From Candidatus Nanoarchaeia archaeon (GTDB lineage Archaea; Nanobdellota; Nanobdellia; Tiddalikarchaeales; Tiddalikarchaeaceae): a stretch of 64,000 nucleotides of DNA. A program made the position numbers and the translations under genes. Positions within the stretch are counted from its first letter, which is position 1, and each line of letters starts with the position of its first letter. The stretch covers positions 93-64,092 of the forward strand of contig JBAZFK010000005.1 of NCBI GenBank assembly GCA_041653395.1. Reading direction: 5' to 3'. Below, in pieces: positions 19,883-28,748 of the stretch. The notes under the pieces are model-generated. The model had not been told where the DNA came from. It saw only the letters and a program-made list of their open reading frames with translations, and did no database searches.

Positions 19883-20119
19883 ATGAATACAAAAATGTTA
19901 GTAAGTAGGGTGTGGGCAACCACAGGGTTAAGCTTCAAGGTAAAGAAGCTAATCGACGAAAAAACGAGAAAGGTTTTAGAAGAAACCAATCCAGAAGTGA
20001 ATCAGATAGGTATGCTGGAAGATATCAGCAAGCTATTAAGCTTGGACTGGAAGGTCTCAAGGCAGCTCTGGAGAATGAGAGAAGAGCTGAAAGCTGTTAA
20101 AGAAGGTGCTCAAGAATGA
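19883..20119 (+). CDS. Small element protein, possibly a ribbon-helix-helix regulator
   Basis: GGAGG at 19870-19874 before ATG 19883; strand-helix-helix pattern TGLSFKV/KKLIDEKTRKVLEE/IGMLEDISKLL; higher GC than cargo. Confidence 0.5.
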   Translation: MNTKMLVSRVWATTGLSFKVKKLIDEKTRKVLEETNPEVNQIGMLEDISKLLSLDWKVSRQLWRMREELKAVKEGAQE

Positions 20120-20219
20120 GCACTTCTTTACTAATATTAAATTGGCTTCGCCTGTGTTATAGGCTCGCTCTTCGAGCTCGCCAAAGAATTTTTAAGTAAA
20201 TAATATTAAATAAAAATAT

Positions 20220-20840
20220 ATGCAAGATAAAAATCAATTTATTATAAAGATTATTTTTAGTATAGTTTTATTTGTTGTATTCTTAGTTTCTTGGATTTTT
20301 AATAATTTTAAGTTTATAACTGAATATATTTTTATTTTTATACTAATATTTGCACTTTATTTAATAGAGTATATAAAAGAAATTAAATATAAAGAGCTTG
20401 AGATAAAATTTGGAAAGGAAGAAATAAACTCATTATTGTCTGAAGTTAAAGAATCAAAAGATATACACATTATTACAAAAACAAAGTCTTTAAGTGGAAC
20501 ATCTAAATCAAGAATAACTTTTGGTAATGATAAATTAGATGAAATATATACTTATATAAATAAAGGAGATTATACATTATCAATTATTCAAACATCAAAA
20601 TTATTAGAGGAATTATTAATGAAAAAATTAGAAGAAAATAAGAATAGAGGTCTTGGATATTTGATAAGATTAAGTCTTGAAAAAGAATATATTAATAAAA
20701 ATGAATTTGAATTATTTTTAATATTTAGTCAATTAAGAAATTCAATTGTACATTTTAATAATGATAATAAATTTATACCTTCAGATATCACAAATATTTT
20801 ATACCCTGTTTTAAATCTGCTAAGAACAAAATTGTTATAA
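20220..20840 (+). CDS. Two-TM protein with C-terminal HEPN/DUF4145-like domain
   Basis: N-terminal TM pair; LRNSIVH fits the RxxxxH HEPN motif. Confidence 0.55.
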   Translation: MQDKNQFIIKIIFSIVLFVVFLVSWIFNNFKFITEYIFIFILIFALYLIEYIKEIKYKELEIKFGKEEINSLLSEVKESKDIHIITKTKSLSGTSKSRITFGNDKLDEIYTYINKGDYTLSIIQTSKLLEELLMKKLEENKNRGLGYLIRLSLEKEYINKNEFELFLIFSQLRNSIVHFNNDNKFIPSDITNILYPVLNLLRTKLL

Positions 20841-21503
20841 TTTAGGTAAATCTTCTTTAATAAATTTTAACATTTTATTTACATCTTCTTCAGAATATTT
20901 TTCAAAATCTCCATGTGCTGCATAATTTCCTATATCTAATTGTGCTTGAATAATTCTTTCCATAGGTAAATTGTAAATTTCATTTTCTCTTAATTTAATA
21001 TTTAATGAAGAAGCTCTTTCTTTTTCAGAATAATTAATTGATTCTCTTTCACATATTTTTTTAAGTGTTGTTTCTATAACTACTCGTAATAATACAGCTG
21101 TTGGGTCCTTAAAATGTTTTTTGAGTAATTCTTCTGCTTGGTCACTAATTGATTCAAAAAAATCACCTGCAATTAAATTTTCAATTTTATATAAAAATCC
21201 ATTATTAATTTCATCTAAAGCACTTTCTAATAATCCTTGTAGTCTTGAGATTGTTACAGAATAATTAGAAATATAGTCTCCATAAAGACTTTGTAATCTA
21301 TCAATAGTTGGTGCAGAATCTTTAAAGGATTTATAATATGAGGATTTTTGAGAAAAAGTTCTATCTAAAATGTTTAAACAACTATGTCCCCACTTGTAAA
21401 AATCTTTAACTTCTTCATTTTTTAAAGGAACTTTATAATCTCTAAATTCTTTACATTTTTGTATTAATTCATCAAATCTTTTTATAATACTATTTCTTAT
21501 CAT
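20835..21503 (-). CDS. DUF4145 (HEPN-like) domain protein
   Basis: DF...I.DQAEELL....D..AVLLR.V.E..LKK.C ... GNYAAHG. Confidence 0.7.
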   Translation of the reverse strand: MIRNSIIKRFDELIQKCKEFRDYKVPLKNEEVKDFYKWGHSCLNILDRTFSQKSSYYKSFKDSAPTIDRLQSLYGDYISNYSVTISRLQGLLESALDEINNGFLYKIENLIAGDFFESISDQAEELLKKHFKDPTAVLLRVVIETTLKKICERESINYSEKERASSLNIKLRENEIYNLPMERIIQAQLDIGNYAAHGDFEKYSEEDVNKMLKFIKEDLPKL

Positions 21504-21528
21504 AATTAAAAATAATTGATACTACTAT

Positions 21529-22587
21529 TTATTTCTTTCTTCTTCTAAATAAGAAGAATATTAGGTATGCTACTGTTGAGAGCCAGTATCCTATTTCAAA
21601 TTGTTTTTGGCCATAAAAAACATATCTTAATGTCATCATTAAATACGCAATGTTAACTATGTTGTTTGAGCTGATTAGGTTTATTCTATTAGTGCTTGGC
21701 TTGATGTGTTCTACTAGCTTATTTTCTTCATTTAATTCTTTTAATGCTAAGTTTTGTTCGCAGACTTTCTTTATCTGCTCCGGAGTATTATTTGTGCTGT
21801 TTTGAACTATTCTAGAAACCTCTGTTATGTTGTCACATTTGCCTTCTAAGAGTTTCATAACTAATTGATTGGCTTCTTGTTTAGTTAATGATTTGAGCTT
21901 GATTGTGTGGTCAAATTCTATGTAAGCTTTGTTGTTAATTCCTGCACCTATGAATTGGTAATTATTTCTCATTAAATCCTTAATTATTTTCTTATCATTA
22001 ACAGTGGCAGATTCTAGTGAATCTAATAGGACAATTATGTGATTGTTGTCTTGGCGTAATTTATTCATTAATTCCTGCTTATTAGCAGACTTGCCAAACA
22101 TTATTCCTTTGGCTTTGCATATATTTTCTAAGCAATTCTTTATAGGCTTAATCTCTGCATAAACACTACTTTTCAAATATTTATCATTTAACCTTTTAAG
22201 CAGTGCAGTTTTTCCATAACCACTCTGACCTAATAAAATCACATTTTTCTTTCTTTCAGCATTGTAAAGAATTTCATCAATTATTTCTTTGTTTTCTATG
22301 AATAAATCTTTAGAATCAAAGATTAATTCTTGCTTTAATTCTGTGTTTATTGATTCAAATTTTCCTAACACTGTTAAAGCTAAAAGTTTGCCTTTAGAAG
22401 TTAAGAAATATTTTCCTTCAATCTTTTCTGCAATTCCATTGATTAAATAAGAATTAATTATTCTGTAAAAAGTCTTTTTATTTACATTTTTTATTTCATT
22501 AAAATATTTGGAATTATCAAATAATTCTTCAAGTATTAACTGATGATTCTTTGTTTTAGAGCATAACTGCACAAGCTTAAGCCACAT
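21529..22587 (-). CDS. P-loop AAA ATPase with N-terminal winged helix and C-terminal TM helices
   Basis: Walker A GQSGYGKT, Walker B-like VLLDSLE; N-terminal KTFYR...GIAEK....YFLT.KG wHTH; hydrophobic C-terminus. Confidence 0.8.
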   Translation of the reverse strand: MWLKLVQLCSKTKNHQLILEELFDNSKYFNEIKNVNKKTFYRIINSYLINGIAEKIEGKYFLTSKGKLLALTVLGKFESINTELKQELIFDSKDLFIENKEIIDEILYNAERKKNVILLGQSGYGKTALLKRLNDKYLKSSVYAEIKPIKNCLENICKAKGIMFGKSANKQELMNKLRQDNNHIIVLLDSLESATVNDKKIIKDLMRNNYQFIGAGINNKAYIEFDHTIKLKSLTKQEANQLVMKLLEGKCDNITEVSRIVQNSTNNTPEQIKKVCEQNLALKELNEENKLVEHIKPSTNRINLISSNNIVNIAYLMMTLRYVFYGQKQFEIGYWLSTVAYLIFFLFRRRKK

Positions 22588-22669
22588 GAAAGATATTAGA
22601 ATTAAACTATTATAAAAAGAATAAAATTATTCTTTTATTAGAATATATTATACACTAGTTAGTGTATTC

Positions 22670-23119
22670 TCAAGGAATGAGACTGAATTCATAGTAAACA
22701 ACAACGCATTCTAATACTAGGAATATGAAGCATATTATTACATCTTTAGCGGAACCAGTCTCTACTGGACCATCAAAAATCACGAATCTTGACTTGTTTG
22801 GATAGAATAACTGCACTCCTGAAGGTGTAAATAAGTCCAAAACTATATGAGCAGTGTATCCAATGAAGCAAAATAAGAAATTGGTCTCTAAAAATGATAG
22901 TAATCCTAGCAGTAGAGACCAATAAATACTATGAAAAAGCCCTCTATGCCCAAATTTCTTGTACAAATACTCACTAATCCATGGAAAAAACATACCTAAT
23001 AATGTGTTAGGGTTATCAATGTCAGGAATAATGCTAAACAAAACAAGCAACATATTAGGATTTAAACCTAACAATAAAGAAACAAGTATAGCAAAGTTAA
23101 TGTGAGTTAACCAAATCAT
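22670..23119 (-). CDS. Membrane metal-dependent hydrolase (YbcI/YdjM/DUF457-like)
   Basis: TH, PDID.P, HRG.FHS, GY.AH...D..T..GV.L..P motifs. Confidence 0.85.
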   Translation of the reverse strand: MIWLTHINFAILVSLLLGLNPNMLLVLFSIIPDIDNPNTLLGMFFPWISEYLYKKFGHRGLFHSIYWSLLLGLLSFLETNFLFCFIGYTAHIVLDLFTPSGVQLFYPNKSRFVIFDGPVETGSAKDVIICFIFLVLECVVVYYEFSLIP

Positions 23120-23155
23120 AAAATAAAAAGACTTAAAGTTATATATAAATACAAT

Positions 23156-25105
23156 TTATTTTTTTCTTTTTGGTTTTTCAATTTTTTTTCCTTCAATTAA
23201 ATTATAATAATATAAATCAATTTTTTCAGAAAAATCATTAATTAAGTTTTGTTTACCAATAAAATCTTTAGCTTTGATTAAATTTCCTTCTAATAAAAAA
23301 TAACCAAATAAATCAAGTTCATCAAAAGCTATCAATTCATTAGTAATATTAATTTTTAACCTTTGTTCAATATAATCTATAAAGTCTTGATAATTTTCAA
23401 TTAAATCCCTAAAAATCATTAAATCATAAATATTTAAAGTTAAAAAATCTTTACTCTTATCAAAATAATCTTTATTAATGGATTTGATCTGATTTGAACA
23501 AGAAGTTAATGAAAAAAAGCTATCTGCATGGATAGATAATTTGAAAATTTTATTAAAATTTTCTTTTTTTAATCTAAATTTTTCTTTTCTTTTCTTTTTA
23601 TTATTTGAATCATAAAAAATAACTTCAGAATAGTTATTAATATAATCAAATGTTGAGTTAACCTGTTCAAATGCTTGATATATTGATTCATCAAAATCTT
23701 CTTTTGTTTGTTGTATTATATCAGAAACATCTGAAAATAATCTTCGTTTTTTTCCTTTAACTTCTACAATAAATAAAATATTATTTTTTATAAATAATAA
23801 ATCATTTTCATTTCCAAAAATATCATAATTATTTTGATAAAACTTGTCAGGGTTCAATATTTTTTCAAAACATTCTTTTACCTTATTTTCATAAAATTGG
23901 CCTTTTAACTTGAAATACAAACTTTTATCTGAAACTAAATTTTCAAATATTAATTTTAAATTTCTTAATAAATTTTGAGGTAAAAAACAATAATAATCAT
24001 TATTATATTTAATTAAAGGATTTGTTATAACTAAATCATAATCAAGTATTTTTTTCCATTTTTTATTATCTCCAAAATTTAAACTTATAAAATTTAAATA
24101 TTCTTTTTTAATGTTTTGGTTCAGATTTATTTTAAAATTTTCTTCATAATTTAATAATTCATAAGTTGCTTTTTTAATAAGTTCTGAATTATTTTTTTTA
24201 AACTCATCAATAGAATCTTTTTTAATTCGTTTTTTAGATTCTTCTCTAATAAGTTCAAGTGTTTTTGAATAAGATGAATACATAGTTTTTATATTATTAC
24301 TAATTTGGCTTATAATTTCATTTATTGTTTTTAAAAAAAATTCACTATTAAAAGTTGAATTAAAACAAGATTTAGTGTAATCCAATAGCTGAGTATTTAT
24401 TTCAGTATAATGAACAGCTTGTGCTTCACCTCTTACTATTAAATATGTTGATAAAATAATATGAAAACATAATTTTATTTCTTTAGATTCTTTTCCAGTT
24501 ATAAATATAGTATAATAAATTAAATCAAATTTAAATTTTTCAAGTAAGTTATATAAGTCATCAATTTTATTATTTTCTGCTTTTAAATTAAATTCAGATA
24601 TATTGTGTTTTAATATAAGTTTTTGTACTATTTCATAAATTATAGTTAATTCATCTTTATTTTTTCCGAGTTCATCACTAGTTTTTGTATTATATTTAAA
24701 AAATAAATCTGCTAATACTTTAAATGGATTTAATGTTAACAACATTTTTTCAATTTTATCTAAAGTATCATATAACTTCTGTTCATTTTCATTAGATATT
24801 TTTATTAATTCTTTTTCATCTAAATCACCCAATGATTTTTTAGATTCGTTTTTTAACATAATTTGTCTACCTTTTCTTGATATTTTAAAAGGACCTAATT
24901 GTTCTTCTTCATCAAAAATAATAGGCAAACTAATTTTATTATTTTTAATATCTAATTCTTTTTTTATTATTGATTTTGTAATTCTTAATTCAATTATTTT
25001 TTTATCAAGACATGTTTTTTTTTCTAATAAATTAACTAATTCTTCTTTTTCAATTTCATGATTTTTTTCTAAAATAATTTTTATATCATCTATTATTTTA
25101 ACCAC
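23156..25105 (-). CDS. Large AT-rich cargo protein with C-terminal PD-(D/E)xK/NERD-like nuclease domain
   Basis: G..YE....E, END.L......IVEVKG, Q catalytic-like pattern near the C-terminus. Confidence 0.55.
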   Translation of the reverse strand: MVKIIDDIKIILEKNHEIEKEELVNLLEKKTCLDKKIIELRITKSIIKKELDIKNNKISLPIIFDEEEQLGPFKISRKGRQIMLKNESKKSLGDLDEKELIKISNENEQKLYDTLDKIEKMLLTLNPFKVLADLFFKYNTKTSDELGKNKDELTIIYEIVQKLILKHNISEFNLKAENNKIDDLYNLLEKFKFDLIYYTIFITGKESKEIKLCFHIILSTYLIVRGEAQAVHYTEINTQLLDYTKSCFNSTFNSEFFLKTINEIISQISNNIKTMYSSYSKTLELIREESKKRIKKDSIDEFKKNNSELIKKATYELLNYEENFKINLNQNIKKEYLNFISLNFGDNKKWKKILDYDLVITNPLIKYNNDYYCFLPQNLLRNLKLIFENLVSDKSLYFKLKGQFYENKVKECFEKILNPDKFYQNNYDIFGNENDLLFIKNNILFIVEVKGKKRRLFSDVSDIIQQTKEDFDESIYQAFEQVNSTFDYINNYSEVIFYDSNNKKKRKEKFRLKKENFNKIFKLSIHADSFFSLTSCSNQIKSINKDYFDKSKDFLTLNIYDLMIFRDLIENYQDFIDYIEQRLKINITNELIAFDELDLFGYFLLEGNLIKAKDFIGKQNLINDFSEKIDLYYYNLIEGKKIEKPKRKK

Positions 25106-25138
25106 AGTTAATAAACATAAATAATAATTAAAAAATCT

Positions 25139-25444
25139 TTAGTATTTGAGCATCATTTCTCTTTTCATGTGTCTTAATGCTTTGAAAAGTAACTTCTCGT
25201 TTAGGTTTAGCTTGCTAGCTATTGTATTCATAGTTAGCTCTCCGCCGTAGTTCTTGACTACATAATAAGCTAAAGCTCCTATTGTTAGGCCTAGTTCTCT
25301 GCCTTGTGTAAGGTTGTTCTGCAAGGCTTTGAAGTATAACCTTTTTACTTCGCTTACTTGGTACTCTTTTAGCTCCAATTTATCGCACATTATATCTATA
25401 TCTGGCTCATTTAATCCGAATCTTCTCTCATTGTAGTTTGTCAT
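25139..25444 (-). CDS. Single TFB (TFIIB) cyclin-repeat protein; probable start ATG 25444
   Basis: IDIMCDKLEL....V.EVKRLY.KA...NL.QGR......GA..Y.V.K..G...T...IA parallels the TFB cyclin repeat. Confidence 0.7.
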   Translation of the reverse strand: MTNYNERRFGLNEPDIDIMCDKLELKEYQVSEVKRLYFKALQNNLTQGRELGLTIGALAYYVVKNYGGELTMNTIASKLNLNEKLLFKALRHMKREMMLKY

Positions 25445-25446
25445 AT

Positions 25447-25683
25447 TTACCCGCACCTCACTGAGCAAGCCATCCTATTATTTAGTATAGCTCTGCCGTT
25501 TATTATTTTTGCTTCACTCATTGTTTGCCTGAAGTTGCATCTCCAAGCATTATACAAGCTCTCCTTAGTTGCCTTCACGTTCCCACCATAATAGATGTAA
25601 TCATCTACTACATGACCGCAGTGATAGCAGTAGTACTCGTATCTCCCTTTCATCATTACTATGTCGCAGTTAGGACAAAGCAT
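25447..25683 (-). CDS. TFB-type N-terminal zinc-ribbon protein
   Basis: CPNC...YYCYHCGHVVDD.I..GG; GGAGGTG upstream; stop lies 2 nt before the cyclin-repeat ATG. Confidence 0.6.
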   Translation of the reverse strand: MLCPNCDIVMMKGRYEYYCYHCGHVVDDYIYYGGNVKATKESLYNAWRCNFRQTMSEAKIINGRAILNNRMACSVRCG

Positions 25684-25971
25684 AAATTAACACCTCCATT
25701 TAATCGAATGCTTTTTTTTAACCCTATTACAGCTTAACAAAAAAATTATTCAAAAACTCTTATTCAATAGTTTTAAAAGATTAATCTGACGTTGTCTATG
25801 CTTTTATTATTTCCCTGCTGAAATAAAGTATAGTTGTCATCATAATAATATAGTGTGTTAAAGTAATATATAAAGACTTAGTTTTAGTATTTTAGTTTGT
25901 GTTTCATTATTAATTAATTGTAAGTGAATAAATAAAGAAAGATTTTTATTTTATAAAAAAAATAATCTTTT

Positions 25972-26286
25972 ATGAAGTCTGGTATTTTTAAGGGTATTTT
26001 GTTTGGTTGTGTAGCAGGAATAATTGATATTATTCCTATGTTTTTACAGGGTTTGACTTGGGATGCTAACCTTAGTGCTTTCTCAATGTGGATAGTTATT
26101 GGATTCTTATTATCAATATCAACACTAAAAATTAACGGAACACTTAAAGGATTATTAATTTCATTCCTTGTATTACTTCCTAATGCTTTTATTATAGGTT
26201 GGAAAGAACCAGTTAGTTTAATCCCAATTGGGATAATGACACTAATACTTGGAAGTGGATTAGGATATATATTAAACAAGAAATAA
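25972..26286 (+). CDS. Small four-TM membrane protein
   Basis: Four hydrophobic segments; GIIDIIPM...W...SAF..W pattern. Confidence 0.6.
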   Translation: MKSGIFKGILFGCVAGIIDIIPMFLQGLTWDANLSAFSMWIVIGFLLSISTLKINGTLKGLLISFLVLLPNAFIIGWKEPVSLIPIGIMTLILGSGLGYILNKK

Positions 26287-26327
26287 AAAATGTAAATAAC
26301 CTTAAAGAAATAATTTAATTAAAAAAT

Positions 26328-26528
26328 TTAGCATTTCAGTTTTCTTTTCATCTTAAATTCTTCATTTTTTCTTTTTACATATTCTATTACTTGAATTGGA
26401 ACTCTTTTGCCAATATACCTGATGATTTCAGGCCTAACTTTTCCGTTTACTCTTATGCTCATAGCTACATAGTAGTAGACTCCGAGTTTTCCGTTTTTTA
26501 GCGTGACTATTTTCTTTTTAATATACAT
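26328..26528 (-). CDS. Small basic beta-sheet DNA-binding protein (possible excisionase/regulator)
   Basis: YYYVAMSIRVNGKVRPEIIRYIGK, a three-stranded DNA-binding type motif I recall from MGE small proteins. Confidence 0.55.
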   Translation of the reverse strand: MYIKKKIVTLKNGKLGVYYYVAMSIRVNGKVRPEIIRYIGKRVPIQVIEYVKRKNEEFKMKRKLKC

Positions 26529-26781
26529 AAAAATTATTGGGATTAAAGAAGTATTTAAACAAGGATCAACAGCTTCTTATTGTTCTAAACTGCGGATTTA
26601 TGGATTTGCTAAATTGAAGGCTTGCTGTTTAATTTTGTTCGTTTTTAACAAATTCGCGAGCCGCGAATTTCTTATTTTTGCATAAAATAAACAATCAAGC
26701 CTTACAGTCAAGAAATCCATAAATACAGGAAATAAAGGTGTAAGAAAATACTTTTAAATAGAATTGATTATTTATTTTGAT

Positions 26782-28707
26782 ATGAATAAACAAATATTAT
26801 TACTGATTTTTGTATTATTAATTTCAAAATCTTTCTCTTTAGATTGCCAATATACTCAAATTTTTTCAATTACTCAAGATGAATCTTTTTTAGTTTATGA
26901 TGAAAACCAATCTATTATTGGCAGTCCTTTAAATATAACTGATATAACTGCAGGAAGCCAATATTTCACTGGAGGAACACAAAGAAATTTAGCCACTCTT
27001 AAAATACATAATCCTTATTATTTTGATTTAAATGTTACTTTAAATGTTGATGTATCTGGAAGTTGCAGTACACGTTCAAACATTATTAAATTCCAGATAA
27101 AAGCAAGGGATTATTATTTAGTTGAAACTGATGGTGGATGGGGTCAAACTCCTTGTACTATAATTATAAATGAGCATACTTTGTCTTATCATGTTGATTA
27201 TCCTTTTAATGCTTCAGAGAGCATATTGGCCATTAATAGAAATTCTATTATTTGTAAAATATGCGAATCTGGTTTAAATTGCACTGACAATGGGGGATTT
27301 TGTTCTAATTCTAACCAATGTGGAGGAGGTTATTGTATAGAAGGAATATGTAATAATCAATCTTTATGTTATAATGATGATTGTAAATGCTCCTTAGATA
27401 AAATTCAATGTTCTACTAATGATAAATGTGTTATAAAAACATCATTAGAAGTTGGTTCCAAACCTATTTGCAGAGTAGAAGAATGTAAAACTAATTATAT
27501 TAATCAAAGTACAGGAATATGCGCCAATGAACCAAAATTAGATGGGCAACAGTGTGAATTTGGTTTAGAATGTTCTGGAAGTTATTGTATTAAAAAAAGA
27601 TGCAATACTCAACTAACATGTTATAATAATGATTGTGAATGTTCTACAAATGAAATTCAAAAATTAGATAATACTGATTGTGTTTTAATGGGTTCAGCAA
27701 TTATTGATATGGTTCCTTTATCGGGAGATCCAAGAGAATGCAAAACTAACTATATAAATAATGAAACCGGAAGATGTTCTAAAACTCCTGAAACAATAAG
27801 AAATGAAAATCTATCATTAATAGGATTATTAATTCTAACAGGAATAATAATATTTTATATTATCACAAGAATAGTAATTAAAAATAAAAAAGATACTTCA
27901 ACAGTTGTATCTGATGAAGCAAATGCAATAGCTACGGCAACAGCAATAAGTGAAGGAGAAAAAAGGAAAACTATAGAATTAGATTTATCTGCTATAGAAA
28001 TAAGTTTATCTGCCGAAAAAGAAAAATATGAACAACAAAAAGATTTACTTAATTCTTATAATAAACAGATATTAAATGCTAGTTCAGTAATTAAAGATGC
28101 TGAAAAAGAACTTAATAAATTAAAAGATATAAAAACTGAAACTGAACTTGAAAAAAAATTAATTATAGAAAAACAAACTAGTTTACAAGAAGAGATTAAA
28201 ATTCAAAATAATATTAGAGCAAATTTGAAAAAACAAAAAGAAAAAACAAAAGAGTTAATTGAATCGGAAAATTTAGATATTCAAAAGAAAACTAAGGAAT
28301 TAAGATTAAGACATGAAAAATTAGAAAAATATACTGAAGTAAGAAAAAGCACAATCTTACATAATGATGTTTGGGAATGGAGAAATCCCAATATGAGATA
28401 TTATCCTTGCTATGTAAATCACGGAAAAAAAACAGATATTTTAATTCATAGGGACCAAGCAGAGAAAAAGATATTTAAAAAATATGTTAATTGGTTTAAT
28501 GAAAATTATTTGAATAAAAAGTATAAAGATTTAGTTGTACATCATATAGATGCGAATCCTGATAATTATAGAATTAATAATTTAGCTGTTATAACTCAAA
28601 TGCAGCATAATGAAATAAAACCTGAAAATATAATATTTGGTAATTTAAAATCAGGTATAAAAGAATTGAAGAGATTAAATATAAAACAACCACATTTAAA
28701 CATTTAA
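26782..28707 (+). CDS. Signal peptide + Cys-rich repeats + TM + coiled coil + C-terminal HNH endonuclease domain
   Basis: Two ~90 aa Cys-rich repeats (C..GGYC..GIC / CKTNYIN..TG.C); TM LIGLLILTGIIIFYII; VVHHIDANPDNYRINNL...QHN. ATG at 26782. Confidence 0.75.
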   Translation: MNKQILLLIFVLLISKSFSLDCQYTQIFSITQDESFLVYDENQSIIGSPLNITDITAGSQYFTGGTQRNLATLKIHNPYYFDLNVTLNVDVSGSCSTRSNIIKFQIKARDYYLVETDGGWGQTPCTIIINEHTLSYHVDYPFNASESILAINRNSIICKICESGLNCTDNGGFCSNSNQCGGGYCIEGICNNQSLCYNDDCKCSLDKIQCSTNDKCVIKTSLEVGSKPICRVEECKTNYINQSTGICANEPKLDGQQCEFGLECSGSYCIKKRCNTQLTCYNNDCECSTNEIQKLDNTDCVLMGSAIIDMVPLSGDPRECKTNYINNETGRCSKTPETIRNENLSLIGLLILTGIIIFYIITRIVIKNKKDTSTVVSDEANAIATATAISEGEKRKTIELDLSAIEISLSAEKEKYEQQKDLLNSYNKQILNASSVIKDAEKELNKLKDIKTETELEKKLIIEKQTSLQEEIKIQNNIRANLKKQKEKTKELIESENLDIQKKTKELRLRHEKLEKYTEVRKSTILHNDVWEWRNPNMRYYPCYVNHGKKTDILIHRDQAEKKIFKKYVNWFNENYLNKKYKDLVVHHIDANPDNYRINNLAVITQMQHNEIKPENIIFGNLKSGIKELKRLNIKQPHLNI

Positions 28708-28748
28708 TTTTTTTCTTTTATATACATCTTTGTTCCCATTAGTATTTC

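Noticed and set aside
26328-26528. IS1634-type transposase
   Set aside because: Only an N-terminal-like DNA-binding motif; no DDE domain or terminal inverted repeats.
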